Of a DNA stretch of 64,000 nucleotides, positions 37,839-47,376 are shown in pieces (the first letter of the stretch is position 1; every line of letters starts with the position of its first letter). Location: positions 212,286-276,285 of the forward strand of contig JADKBN010000002.1 in NCBI GenBank assembly GCA_016715065.1. Direction: 5' to 3'. The notes under the pieces were generated by a model. It searched no databases and was not told where the DNA came from. It was given only the letters and a program-made list of their open reading frames with translations. The DNA is from Fibrobacterota bacterium. GTDB lineage: Bacteria > Fibrobacterota > Fibrobacteria > UBA5070. A program made the translations under genes and the position numbers.

Positions 37839-38665
37839 GGGGAGGTCTCCTCTTCGCGAAGGGCCAGAGGAAACGCCTGCAGGTTGACCTGCACCACGCG
37901 GTCGGCCTGGTCGTCCGAGCGAGACAATTCGAGGATCTCGCGACGAAGATGTCGCAACCGGTCGCGAACGCGTTCGAAGGATGCCTTCGAGAGCGTGACC
38001 GTGATGGTGGAAATGGAGCGATCTTCGCGATCGAACCGGTCCAGCGCTTCTCCGGCAAGGCGGATGGTCTCCTTGCGGAACACATTGACCGCCTCGGCGT
38101 CTGCTTCGTCGGTGGTCAAGAACCTGTCCGTTTTTCGCCAAATTCCGTCCGGGTCGCGACGGATCAGGTCCAAGGTGGAAAGCAGCTCGAGGGTTTCTTC
38201 CACCGTCTTGGCATCCAGTGGTGGGCGCAGCATCGAGCCCAAAAGTTCGTGGTTGTCGGAATGCTCCACCAGCTCGAGTGTTTCCAGGATGGCCACGGCG
38301 CGCCAATCGCGACAGAAGGCGATCTTGGACCTTTCCAGCTGCGCCAGCGGAATGCGCCGCCAACTGGCGATGCGGTCGGCGAAGTGCATCTTCTCTTCGT
38401 GGCTCTTGGCCTGATCCAAGAGCACCAGCAGCTCGAAGTACCGGGTTTCCTGGGCGCCCAAATGGAAAATCTCCGCCAACCGCAACGAGCCGGAGGGCGT
38501 GAGGTTCACTTCGCCAGTCAGGATCCGTCCGAAGAAGGCGGAACTTGTGAAGCCAGCCTTCTGCGCGATGAACCGATGGGAAAACCGAGGGTCTTCCGCT
38601 TTCCTTTCCGACCAGGCGTCGGAGAGGAATTTTCTGTATTCGGTGTAGGTGAATAGATCTGGCAT
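37835..38665 (-). CDS. TIGR02147-family protein (Fibrobacter-type paralogous putative regulator)
   Basis: N-terminus TEYRKFLSDAWSERKAEDPRFSHRFIAQKAGFTSSAFFGRIL matches the family signature YR.FL......K......S.R....K.GF.S...........G; 276 aa. Confidence 0.6.
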   Translation of the reverse strand: MPDLFTYTEYRKFLSDAWSERKAEDPRFSHRFIAQKAGFTSSAFFGRILTGEVNLTPSGSLRLAEIFHLGAQETRYFELLVLLDQAKSHEEKMHFADRIASWRRIPLAQLERSKIAFCRDWRAVAILETLELVEHSDNHELLGSMLRPPLDAKTVEETLELLSTLDLIRRDPDGIWRKTDRFLTTDEADAEAVNVFRKETIRLAGEALDRFDREDRSISTITVTLSKASFERVRDRLRHLRREILELSRSDDQADRVVQVNLQAFPLALREEETSP

Positions 38666-38761
38666 CGTGGATTCCTTGGAAGAGAATCTAGCCGGTGCCC
38701 GATCGTTTCCAGGGAGGTGTTGCCAGGAAAGTGTTCCGACATTCGAAACACCCGCAAAGCG

Positions 38762-39772
38762 TCAGTGATCGTCCTGGTAGGGAGACACTTCCACGTTCAT
38801 GCCAAACGACTCCAGCATGGCCATGTCCTTGTCCTGCCCCGGATTGGCGGCGGTCAGGAGCTTTTCGCCAGCGAACATGGAGTTGGCGCCCGCCACAAAA
38901 CACAGCGCCTGCATGGCCGGAGTCATTTCCACGCGACCGGCCGACAACCGCACCCGCGCCTTGGGCATGATGATGCGCGCCACAGCCACGGTGCGCACGA
39001 ATTCGATGTCATCGATCGGTTCGGCATCGGCCATGGGGGTGCCGGGCATGCGCATCAGCTTGTTGATGGGCACCGAGTGGGGAGGTTCAGGGAGATTGGC
39101 GAGTTCATGCAGCAAGCCCACGCGGTCTTCGCGGTTCTCGCCCATGCCCAAAATGCCGCCCGAGCACACGTGGATGCCCGCCTTGCGCACCGCTTCCAGC
39201 GTGTCCAAGCGATCTTGGAAGGTGCGGGTGGTGATCACATTGCAATAGTTTTCCGGCGAGGTGTCCAGGTTGTGGTTGTAATAATCCAGCCCAACCTCGG
39301 CCAAGCGCGCGGCCTGGTGCTCCTTCAGCATCCCCAGCGTGACACAGGCTTCCATGCCCAGGCTCTTCACCCCTTTGACCATTTCCAGGACGGCGTCGAA
39401 CTGAGGGCCATCCTTCACTTCACGCCAGGCGGCGCCCATGCAGAGGCGGTTGGAGCCGGCGGCCTTGGCCTCGTGGGCCTGCTTCATCACTTCTTGCACC
39501 GCCATGAGGGGCTCGTACTTGAGGCCGGTCTCGTAGCGGGAGCTTTGGGTGCAGTAGGAGCAGTCCTCCGGACAGGCCCCGGTCTTGATGCTCACCAGCG
39601 TGCTCATCTGGATGTCGTTGGGGTTCCAGTGCTCGCGATGGATGCTCGCGGCGCGATAGACCAGGTCCATCAGGGGAAGGTCGTAGAGGCGGCGAATCTC
39701 CTCGCGGGAGATGCGCTCGTCGCGCTTGACCTTCGAGGGGTGTTCGTCCATGCAAGCCTTGGCGTAATCCAT
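38762..39772 (-). CDS. bioB: Biotin synthase BioB
   Basis: Radical SAM cluster [13 protein letters not shown]; BioB length and YNHNLDTS motif. Confidence 0.9.
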   Translation of the reverse strand: MDYAKACMDEHPSKVKRDERISREEIRRLYDLPLMDLVYRAASIHREHWNPNDIQMSTLVSIKTGACPEDCSYCTQSSRYETGLKYEPLMAVQEVMKQAHEAKAAGSNRLCMGAAWREVKDGPQFDAVLEMVKGVKSLGMEACVTLGMLKEHQAARLAEVGLDYYNHNLDTSPENYCNVITTRTFQDRLDTLEAVRKAGIHVCSGGILGMGENREDRVGLLHELANLPEPPHSVPINKLMRMPGTPMADAEPIDDIEFVRTVAVARIIMPKARVRLSAGRVEMTPAMQALCFVAGANSMFAGEKLLTAANPGQDKDMAMLESFGMNVEVSPYQDDH

Positions 39773-39813
39773 AGGCGGGTAAATTTAGACATCCAGGTAC
39801 AGAATGACCACAC

Positions 39814-39876
39814 GGGGCCCCTACGATCCTTCGTAGAGACGCCCCACGGGACGTCCCTACAGGGATCGTAGGGGCC
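39814..39876. repeat. Nested GC-rich hairpin (outer GGGGCCCCTACGATCC/GGATCGTAGGGGCC, inner GTAGAGACGCCCC...GGGACGTCCCTAC), REP-like
   Basis: Shares the GTAGAGACGCCCC core with 15746-15774; lies between the small basic-protein gene and bioB. Confidence 0.45.
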
Positions 39877-39885
39877 AGAGGCGAT

Positions 39886-39990
39886 TTATTTCGACGCCTT
39901 CTTGGCGGCCTTGTCGGCGCGCTTTTCCTTCAGGGTCTTTTCCGGCTTCTTCTTGGTTTCCTTCTTCGTCGCATCTTGATACTTGGCCAT
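39886..39990 (-). CDS. Small Lys-rich basic protein (34 aa)
   Basis: ATG 39990 with an AAGGA ribosome-binding site 8 nt upstream; MAKYQDATKKETKKKPEKTLKEKRADKAAKKASK. Confidence 0.4.
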   Translation of the reverse strand: MAKYQDATKKETKKKPEKTLKEKRADKAAKKASK

Positions 39991-40127
39991 CGTGGGAATC
40001 CTTTGCGGTTGGGTTTTGCGCGGATATCTGTCAGAATTTGACAGATCGGCCGTCGTTTGGGCGGCCCGCGCATGAAAATAGGCATTTCCTCGGCGTCCAG
40101 CTCGGTCCGTTTGACACCCCCGCCAGG

Positions 40128-40310
40128 CTTGGTTATCCTTTGCCCGCCTTCGGGTCTGCATGAATGCAGGTGCGCAAGCACCGGGAATGCCGTGAAAGAC
40201 GGCAGCGGACCAGCCACTGTGAAGGGAGAAACCCATTCGCCACGAGCCACTGGAGAGATCCGGGAAGGCGGCGAGAATCGGGGCCCTGAGCCAGGAGACC
40301 TACCCAGAGG
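40128..40310 (+). promoter_or_regulatory. Cobalamin (adenosylcobalamin) riboswitch
   Basis: AGGTGCGCAAGCACCGGGAA...GTGAAAGACGGC...GCCACTGTGAAGGGAGAAACC...GCCACTGG...CCGGGAAGG...AGCCAGGAGACCTACCC (B12 box) directly upstream of the TonB-dependent receptor gene. Confidence 0.7.
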
Positions 40311-40361
40311 CGCCGTTCCAAAAGGAGCGGCTTTCTTCCATGCCTCTGGAAACAGGCGGGG

Positions 40362-42341
40362 ATGTTCCGAATCGCAACTTCCATTTTCGTGATGGCTCCG
40401 TCCCTGGCACTGGCCCAGGTGGACTCCGCCAATCCGCCAGTGGACTCCCTTCCCGCACCTCGGGAAGCACGGCTGCAGGAGCGCGTGGTCGCCTCCTCCG
40501 TGCACCGAAATGGTGTGCGCACCATCGGCCGCGAGGAATTGGCCGGAGCAGCGAACCTCGCCCGATTGCTGTCTCGCGAGAGTGGGGTACAGATCCGCCA
40601 AGCGGGGGGATTGGGCAGCTACACCACGGCCTCGCTGCACGCCTCGCCGGTCCAACAGGTGGAAGTGTGGATGGATGGTGTGCCCATGGGGGGATCGACC
40701 GGATCGGTGGTGGACCTGGGGCCGGTGCCGCTGGACGGGCTGGAAAAGGTGGAAATTCGCCAAGCCGGTAGCGCGGGAGCGTTCGGAGCACCACGGATCG
40801 ATCTGCAATCGCGCTCGGGGTGGGCGCAACGAGGCGCCAGCTTGCGCATGGCTTCCTATGGGGAAAAAGGCGCCAGTGGCTGGTGGGGGGATGAACAGGG
40901 CATCGCCACCGTTTCCGCGTGGTGGGAGGCTTCCCAAAACGACTATCCGTTTCCGTGGGACAACGGGACCCGGTACAACAGGTCCGATGACCACATGGTG
41001 AGGCTCTCCAACAACGATTACGAAGGGCGCGGTGCGGCGTTTCGGTGGCGCCCCGCCGCCTCGTGGGATGTCCTGGCGCGGCTGGATGATTCTCGTCGCG
41101 GGATCAGCGCGCCCGGATGGGTCGATCCGCTGGCGAGGCTGGATGGAACCTCCGCGCTGGGGTTCGCCCGATGGGTGGGCGAGTCGGAAACCAAGCCCTC
41201 CGTGGAGGCGTCGGCGCGATGGTTCAAATCCTCCTGGAACGACCCCAACCGCACGGCGGGGTGGGATGTCGATCGCGCCGCCAGCGAACAGGCGTGGGAC
41301 GCGAAGGCCAAGGCGTCCCTGGCGCGCGAGCGCGGTGGCTGGCTGGATGGCGAGGTGACAGGAAATGTCCGACTTGAAACCAGCGAGCGCGAAAGCACCG
41401 GCAGCGCCGACGTGGCCGTGACTCCGTCCGGAACCAGAGCCACATGGGGTGGCCAGATGGTCTGGAACGGTCAATCCGAATCCGCTCGCTGGGGATCCCA
41501 ACTGGGGGCGAGCAAGGACTGGATCCTGGATACGCGCGACTGGACGGAATCCTTGGGGGATGTGTCGCAAATCGACGAAATGGAAACCTCCTGGGAGTCC
41601 TATCGTGTGCATGGCCGGTTGTGGGGACGGCCCTGGCCGGGCCTGGAGGGCTGGGTGGCCTCCAGTTACCGCGAGCGCGCACCGGATTTTCGCGAGTGGA
41701 TGGGCGACAACGGCTACACGCTCCAGACGCCTGACCTTCTGGCGGAACGATCCATGTCCCTGGAGCTCGGGGCCAAGACGCAGCGCGGCGATTGGAGCGC
41801 GAATATTTCCGGTTGGGCGCAACGGTACATGGATCCGATCGAAACTTTCCACAAAGGGGCAAGCCCTCTGGTCGCCCACCGAAATGCGGCTGGATACGAT
41901 GCATTCGGGTTGGACGGGCGTGCTGGATGGTCCACCTCATGGATCCGAGCCACCGCGCAGGGGTCCCTGCAATCGGCGCGGGTCTCCGACGACAATCCCG
42001 CTTTGGACGGAAAACGTCCACAACGGTTTCCGCTTTGGAAATCCGGCATGGATGCTTCCATCGGGCCATGGAGGGGATGGCGCCTCGGAGGGGACCTGTC
42101 CTTGGCCGGCTCCACCTACGCCTCGGCGCTCAATCGCCCGACCGACCTTCGCGAAGGGAAGCTGGACCTGGGAGCTTGGCTTCGCTGGAAGCGAGGCGTG
42201 ATCGGGGCCAGCGCGCAGGTGGACAACATCCTGGATGAACATGCCCAGGATTGGGAGGACCTGCCCCAACCGGGTAGGCGCTTTTCCATCCGACTGGATT
42301 TCGAATTTTCCAAACCGACCAACACGAGGAACGAAAGATGA
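40362..42341 (+). CDS. TonB-dependent outer-membrane receptor (BtuB-like, B12/corrinoid uptake)
   Basis: Signal peptide MFRIATSIFVMAPSLALA; plug domain; C-terminal beta-barrel ending in an aromatic residue; controlled by the B12 riboswitch. Confidence 0.8.
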   Translation: MFRIATSIFVMAPSLALAQVDSANPPVDSLPAPREARLQERVVASSVHRNGVRTIGREELAGAANLARLLSRESGVQIRQAGGLGSYTTASLHASPVQQVEVWMDGVPMGGSTGSVVDLGPVPLDGLEKVEIRQAGSAGAFGAPRIDLQSRSGWAQRGASLRMASYGEKGASGWWGDEQGIATVSAWWEASQNDYPFPWDNGTRYNRSDDHMVRLSNNDYEGRGAAFRWRPAASWDVLARLDDSRRGISAPGWVDPLARLDGTSALGFARWVGESETKPSVEASARWFKSSWNDPNRTAGWDVDRAASEQAWDAKAKASLARERGGWLDGEVTGNVRLETSERESTGSADVAVTPSGTRATWGGQMVWNGQSESARWGSQLGASKDWILDTRDWTESLGDVSQIDEMETSWESYRVHGRLWGRPWPGLEGWVASSYRERAPDFREWMGDNGYTLQTPDLLAERSMSLELGAKTQRGDWSANISGWAQRYMDPIETFHKGASPLVAHRNAAGYDAFGLDGRAGWSTSWIRATAQGSLQSARVSDDNPALDGKRPQRFPLWKSGMDASIGPWRGWRLGGDLSLAGSTYASALNRPTDLREGKLDLGAWLRWKRGVIGASAQVDNILDEHAQDWEDLPQPGRRFSIRLDFEFSKPTNTRNER

Positions 42342-43414
42342 ACGCGAAGATCGCATGGATGATGATGGCTGGCACGTTGCTGGTTTCGTGTGGAGAAGAC
42401 CCGGTGGAGGAAGCCACGTCCTGCACCGAGGGCACGCGGATACTGGCACTGGGTCAGAAATTCGGATCGGGAGCCGACGAAGGATCCAGTTCGCTGGACC
42501 TGATCGGTTGCGGCAAAGTCCAGGCCCACGATCCGTCGCTGGGCATGCCGGCGCGATCGGACGTGGCGATCGATCTGGCGGGCGGGAACGTGTATGTGCT
42601 CGATCGCGCCAAAGGGGTCGTGTCGGGATTCGTCGGATCCGATCTGAGCAAGAACTTCCTGGACCAGAACGTGGGAGGTGCGGCCAATCCCTATGGCGTG
42701 GCGCGTCTGGGCGACCATCTGTGGGTGGCTCGCTACGGTTCCTCGCACCTTCTTGGCATCCCGTTCGGGGACGCCAAGGCCGACTCCATCGATCTTTCCT
42801 CCTTCGCCGACACCAGCACAGTCGTTCCGCGCATGATGGCGGCCAAGGTCTGGAAGGGAAAACTGGTGGTGCCGGTGCAGCGTCTGGACAAAAATTGGAC
42901 AGCAACAGATTCCAGCCTCGTTCTGGTGATCGATGTCGCCACATCCAAAGTGGAGAAGCGGATCGCCCTGCCCTTCCGCAATCCCGAAGACGTGGATCTG
43001 CGTGGCGACCTGCTGGCCTTGGCGTGTCTGGGCGGCTACGGAGCCGCACCGGACGGCGGTTTGGCGGTGGTGGATCTGGCCAAAGGCGTGGTGAGCGCCG
43101 CCATCTCCGGCGACCTGCTCGGCGGCGATCCGGCGCGCGTGGCGTTCACGTCCAACGACCGCGTCTGGGCGGCGCTGTACGTGAAGTACCCCACATACAA
43201 GGCGCTGCCGATCGACCTTTCCACCAAGAAGGTCGGGTCGTTCTTCCCCCAATCCGATGCGGTCGGGGATCTCGCTTTCGATGGCGCGTCGCTTTGGATC
43301 GCAAACCACGACGACAAGTCCCCCAAGGTCTATCGCCTCGACCCTGCGACGGGCGACATGACCGGCGAATACGCCACTCGTCTGGCCCCCGGACAGCTTC
43401 TGGTGCTTCCGTGA
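42338..43414 (+). CDS. Beta-propeller surface lipoprotein associated with the B12 uptake cluster
   Basis: Lipobox LLVSCGE; repeated YVLD/LWVA strand motifs; overlaps the receptor stop codon. Confidence 0.55.
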   Translation: MNAKIAWMMMAGTLLVSCGEDPVEEATSCTEGTRILALGQKFGSGADEGSSSLDLIGCGKVQAHDPSLGMPARSDVAIDLAGGNVYVLDRAKGVVSGFVGSDLSKNFLDQNVGGAANPYGVARLGDHLWVARYGSSHLLGIPFGDAKADSIDLSSFADTSTVVPRMMAAKVWKGKLVVPVQRLDKNWTATDSSLVLVIDVATSKVEKRIALPFRNPEDVDLRGDLLALACLGGYGAAPDGGLAVVDLAKGVVSAAISGDLLGGDPARVAFTSNDRVWAALYVKYPTYKALPIDLSTKKVGSFFPQSDAVGDLAFDGASLWIANHDDKSPKVYRLDPATGDMTGEYATRLAPGQLLVLP

Positions 43415-43950
43415 ACCAGTCCCTGGAGCTGTGGTTGGTGCGCCACGGCGAATCCACCTACAACGCCGAAGGACGCTACGCGGGATGGTCGGATCCTCCG
43501 CTGACCGAAGCCGGAACGGCCATGGCCGCCGCCTTGGCGCCGCGGCTGGCCGACAACGTATTTGAGGGAATCTGGCGCTCCGACAAGGTCCGCACCGAAC
43601 ACACCGCCCGCCTTGCCGGATTCCCGGACGCGAATGTGGACATCCGCCTTCGCGAAGTGGACTTTGGACAGATGGAAGGCAAGACCTACTTCGAGGTTGG
43701 GGAAGAATTGCGACACCAATTGCGGTCCTTCGCCGACTTCCAGGCTCCGGGAGGCGAATCCACCGCGCAGGTGCGATCCAGGGTCCATGATTTCCTGGCG
43801 GGTCTCCCTTCCGGCAAGCATCTGGTGTTCTGCCACGGCGGCTGGATCCGCTGCGTGCTGGCCGAATGCGGCACGGATCGATTTCCCGACAAAGCCGAAA
43901 TTTGTCGAGTGAAGTGGCCCGAGCGCGTGCTTTTGGAAGACCCCGCATGA
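43411..43950 (+). CDS. cobC: Alpha-ribazole phosphatase (histidine phosphatase family) CobC
   Basis: GTG 43411; LWLVRHGESTYN phosphoglycerate-mutase-family catalytic motif; located within the cobalamin cluster. Confidence 0.7.
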   Translation: MNQSLELWLVRHGESTYNAEGRYAGWSDPPLTEAGTAMAAALAPRLADNVFEGIWRSDKVRTEHTARLAGFPDANVDIRLREVDFGQMEGKTYFEVGEELRHQLRSFADFQAPGGESTAQVRSRVHDFLAGLPSGKHLVFCHGGWIRCVLAECGTDRFPDKAEICRVKWPERVLLEDPA

Positions 43951-43975
43951 CCGCGCCGCGCGCGATGGAGCCGGA

Positions 43976-44024
43976 GCCGTTCGTCCTGAGGAGGCCCTTC
44001 GGGCCGTCTCGAAGGGCGAACGGG
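43976..44024 (+). repeat. REP-like palindromic repeat family B, copy A (CCGTTCGTCCTGAGGAG...CGTCTCGAAGGGCGAACGG)
   Basis: One of 6 copies, all within 43.9-48.3 kb. Confidence 0.6.
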
Positions 44025-44065
44025 AAGGGGGTGTTCGGATGGTTGGGCGATCTCGCCTGCGCCAA

Positions 44066-44110
44066 ACGTTCGCTCCGCCGCCCTTCGAGACGCCTCTCCG
44101 AGGCTCCTCA
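44066..44110 (-). repeat. REP-like repeat family B, copy B (inverted relative to copy A, ~40 bp away)
   Basis: CCGCCGCCCTTCGAGACG...CTCCTCAGGACGAACGG. Confidence 0.6.
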
Positions 44111-44161
44111 GGACGAACGGAGCGACTTGTTAAGACTCGGCGAATCGCCGGTGGTATCCGC

Positions 44162-46261
44162 ATGACCGCCCGCGCCTTGATGGTCTGGGGTTGCACCTCG
44201 GATGCCGGCAAGTCCTTTTTGGCCACCGCGCTTTGCCGCTGGTACGCCGACCAAGGCCTTCGCGTGGCCCCCTTCAAGGCGCAGAACATGTCCAACAACG
44301 CCCGCGTGGTGGACGAGGGCGAGATCGGGTGCGCCCAGTGGTTCCAAGCCATGGCCGCCCGCAAGCGCCCCGAGGTCAGACACAACCCGGTGCTCCTGAA
44401 GCCCGAATCCGACACCAGAAGCCAAGTGGTGGTGATGGGCCAGGTGGACCGGGAATTGTCCGCAATGGACTGGCGCGGACGTTCCGCGCTTTTGTGGGAG
44501 CGCGCTCGCGGTCCCTTGCGCGAATTGATGTCAGAAAACGACTTGGTGGTTCTGGAAGGGGCCGGGTCGCCCGCAGAAATCAATTTGGCGGGATGCGACT
44601 TCGCCAACCTCCACAGCGCGCGTGAATCCGCTGCGCGATGCCTGTTGGTTTCCGACATCGATCGCGGCGGATCGTTCGCGCATCTGCACGGCACCTGGGC
44701 GCTGTTGCCGGAAGATCTGCGCGGGAACCTGGACGGATTCATCCTCAACAAGTTCCGCGGCGACCCGAAACTGCTTGCGCCAGGTCCGGCGCATCTGGCC
44801 CGCCTGACCGGCGTGGACGTGGTGGGGGTGGTGCCTCGCGTGGCCCACCAGTTGCCAGACGAAGACGCCGTGGCCTTGGATCAATTCAGTGCATCATCAT
44901 CCGGCCCGATCCGCCACCGGGTGGGGATCGTGGCCTGGCCGCGCATCTCCAACTTTGACGAATTCCGTCGGCTGGCGGCGTGGCCGGGGGTGGAAGTGGT
45001 CCTGGTGCGCGGGAGCGGCCAGTGCGCCGGATTGGACCTGGTGATCCTGCCCGGCTCCAAGAACGCCCCTTCGGATCTTGCCTGGCTTCGCGAACGGGGA
45101 TTGGATCGCGCCCTGGGAGAACACGCCCGGGCGGGACGTGCGGTGCTGGGGGTTTGCGGCGGACTGCAGGCGTTGGGAAGGGAAATCCTGGATCCGGCGG
45201 GAACCGAAGGCGAAGGGACAGGACTGGGGCTTCTGGATCTGGCCACCGTCCACGGCGCGGATAAAAGAGTGGGCGCTCTGCGTGCGCGCATCCCCCGGAT
45301 GGACGGATTCTGGCAAACCATTTCCGGACTCGATGTGTCGGGATACCAGATCCGCACCGGCGCCACGGCGGGATGCGATCCGTTGTCCCAGGCGGGATTG
45401 TTTCGCCAAAGCGGGAATGTCCTGGGCACCTATCTGCACGGGATGCTGGAAGATGCCGCGGTCCTCGGTGCGCTGTTCGGGCAAGGGGGGGCGACGGAAG
45501 ACCCCTTGGAGGCCACGTTCCGGGAAATGGGGGAGCTGGTGGACAATCATCTGGACCGCAAGGTGCTCGAGGCCATCGCTTCGGGATCGAAAACGTCCAA
45601 GGGAAAAGGGGCTTCGCCAAGGCTTGCCGTTCTCACCGGAGGCGTGCGCGCAGGCAAATCCACGGCAGCGCAGGAATTGTCCTTGCGGTGGGGTGGAGCG
45701 GACGTCACGGTGATCGCCACGGCCCAAGGGCTTGACGAAGAAATGCTCCTGCGCATCCGCACGCACCAAGCGGATCGCCCATCGGACTGGGAAACCATCG
45801 AGGAGCCTCTCGACGTTGGGGGCGCCATCCGCCGCGCCAAAGGCCGGGTGGTGCTGCTGGATTGCATGAACCTGTGGATCACCAACCTCCTCCTTTTTGG
45901 TTGCGATCCGGCTGCTCCAGGCCAACTCGATTCCGTTCGTCCTGAGGAGGAGGCGACCTGCAACGAGATGGGTCGAAGCGAGCCTCCGTCTCGAAGGGCG
46001 GACGGAGCAATCACACCAGATCAGAAGCCGAAAGCTGATTTCCGTCAGCCGGTCGAAGACATGCTTGCAGCCTTGCGCGAAACGGGCAAGGACCTGGTGG
46101 TGGTCACCAACGAAGTCGGCTGGGGGATCGTCCCCGACAACGCATTGTCCCGCGAATTCCGCGACCAGCTGGGATGGGCCAACCAGCGGCTGGTCGCCTC
46201 GTCCACGGAAGCCTGGCTCTATGTGGCCGGAGCTCGCCTTTCTCTGAAAGACCCATCATGA
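44162..46261 (+). CDS. cobQ: Cobyric acid synthase CobQ fused to adenosylcobinamide kinase / adenosylcobinamide-phosphate guanylyltransferase CobU
   Basis: N-terminus MTARALMVWGCTSDAGKS (CobQ P-loop) and glutamine-amidotransferase domain; C-terminal CobU P-loop LTGGVRAGKST...VTNEVGWGIVP; the ORF start at 44039 is a repeat-derived extension. Confidence 0.8.
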   Translation: MTARALMVWGCTSDAGKSFLATALCRWYADQGLRVAPFKAQNMSNNARVVDEGEIGCAQWFQAMAARKRPEVRHNPVLLKPESDTRSQVVVMGQVDRELSAMDWRGRSALLWERARGPLRELMSENDLVVLEGAGSPAEINLAGCDFANLHSARESAARCLLVSDIDRGGSFAHLHGTWALLPEDLRGNLDGFILNKFRGDPKLLAPGPAHLARLTGVDVVGVVPRVAHQLPDEDAVALDQFSASSSGPIRHRVGIVAWPRISNFDEFRRLAAWPGVEVVLVRGSGQCAGLDLVILPGSKNAPSDLAWLRERGLDRALGEHARAGRAVLGVCGGLQALGREILDPAGTEGEGTGLGLLDLATVHGADKRVGALRARIPRMDGFWQTISGLDVSGYQIRTGATAGCDPLSQAGLFRQSGNVLGTYLHGMLEDAAVLGALFGQGGATEDPLEATFREMGELVDNHLDRKVLEAIASGSKTSKGKGASPRLAVLTGGVRAGKSTAAQELSLRWGGADVTVIATAQGLDEEMLLRIRTHQADRPSDWETIEEPLDVGGAIRRAKGRVVLLDCMNLWITNLLLFGCDPAAPGQLDSVRPEEEATCNEMGRSEPPSRRADGAITPDQKPKADFRQPVEDMLAALRETGKDLVVVTNEVGWGIVPDNALSREFRDQLGWANQRLVASSTEAWLYVAGARLSLKDPS
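45932..46004 (+). repeat. REP-like repeat family B, copy C, inserted in-frame inside the CobU domain
   Basis: TCCGTTCGTCCTGAGGAGGAGG...CGTCTCGAAGGGCGGACGG encodes ...SVRPEEEATCNEMGRSEPPSRRADG... between the NLLLF and VVVTNEVG motifs. Confidence 0.6.
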
Positions 46262-47292
46262 TTCTTGACATCGAACCAAAACATGTTGATGCCGCGCTCG
46301 CGCGGCAGAACCAACTCCTCAAGATTCCCGGATCGCTGGGGATGCTGGAAGAAATCGGAAACCGGATCGCGGCCATCCAGCGCACGGACCGTCCATCGCT
46401 GGGCAAAGGGGCCGTGGTGGTCTGTTGCGCCGACCACGGCGTGACGTCGGAATCCGTCGCGGCCTTCCCCGATTCCATCACCCGCATCCAAACGTTGAAT
46501 TTCCTGGAAGGGGGAGCGGCGATCAACCAGATCGCGCTCACCAGCGGCGCCGACCTCTGGGTGGTGGACGCGGGCGTCAAAGGGGAGGAAATCCCGACGC
46601 ATCCGCGATTGGTGGGGCCGCGCGTGCGGGCCGGTACGGGAAACATCGCCCGTGAGTCGGCCATGACCCGCGAGGAGGCCATGCAGGCTCTGGACCTGGG
46701 GCGCAAGGCGGCCCGCCGGGCGATCGACGCGGGGGCGCAGGTGCTGGCCGCAGGCGACATGGGGATCGGGAACACCACGCCCAGTTCGGCGCTCACCGCC
46801 GCGATCCTTGGACTGGATGCGGACCTGGTCACGGGCCGCGGATCGGGGATGGACGACGAGGGGAGGATCCGCAAGGCAAAAATTGTCGACATGTCCGTGG
46901 CCCGCGCGCGGATGGTCCTGGGCGACCTGGCGGCGGCCGATCCCATCGACCTCCTGGCGCACCTGGGGGGACTGGAGATCGCGGCCATCGCAGGTGTGTA
47001 CCTGGAAGGCGCCACCCGAGGCGTTCCGTTGGTGTGCGACGGCTTTCCCGTGACCACCGGCGTGCTGGTGGCCTCCCGCCTCGATCCGGCCGTCAAGCAG
47101 TACTTGTTCGCGGGCCATCAGTCCATGGAGCCGGGACACGCCTGGCAGCTGCGCGACCTGGGCCTGGAGCCCGTGTTCCGCCTGGGGCTGCGCCTGGGCG
47201 AAGGAACCGGAGCCGTGTTGGCCTTCCCCGTGATGCGGGCGGCATGTCAGATTCTGGCCGGAATGAAGACCTTCGCCGACATCGGGATGTAG
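46258..47292 (+). CDS. cobT: Nicotinate-nucleotide--dimethylbenzimidazole phosphoribosyltransferase CobT
   Basis: MILDIEPKHVD...; DMGIGNTTPSSAL motif; ATGA overlap with the cobQU stop. Confidence 0.85.
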   Translation: MILDIEPKHVDAALARQNQLLKIPGSLGMLEEIGNRIAAIQRTDRPSLGKGAVVVCCADHGVTSESVAAFPDSITRIQTLNFLEGGAAINQIALTSGADLWVVDAGVKGEEIPTHPRLVGPRVRAGTGNIARESAMTREEAMQALDLGRKAARRAIDAGAQVLAAGDMGIGNTTPSSALTAAILGLDADLVTGRGSGMDDEGRIRKAKIVDMSVARARMVLGDLAAADPIDLLAHLGGLEIAAIAGVYLEGATRGVPLVCDGFPVTTGVLVASRLDPAVKQYLFAGHQSMEPGHAWQLRDLGLEPVFRLGLRLGEGTGAVLAFPVMRAACQILAGMKTFADIGM

Positions 47293-47325
47293 AGACGTGA
47301 AGATTCCATCGGCGAAGCGGGAGAG

Positions 47326-47372
47326 TCCGTTCGTCCTGAGGAGGGGCGCAGCCTCGTCTCGAAGGGCGGAAG
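47326..47372 (+). repeat. REP-like repeat family B, copy D (between cobT and cobS; it ends at the cobS ribosome-binding site)
   Basis: TCCGTTCGTCCTGAGGAGGGGCGCAGCCTCGTCTCGAAGGGCGGA. Confidence 0.6.
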
Positions 47373-47376
47373 AGGA

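Noticed and set aside
44039-44161. N-terminal extensions MVGRSRLRQTFAPPPFETPLRGSSGRTERL (cobQ) and MNRLRQSTPPSPFETRLRRSSGRTARF (btuF-like, 48224-48319)
   Set aside because: These are translations of the REP-like repeat copies. The true starts are the downstream ATGs that give a P-loop or lipoprotein signal N-terminus.
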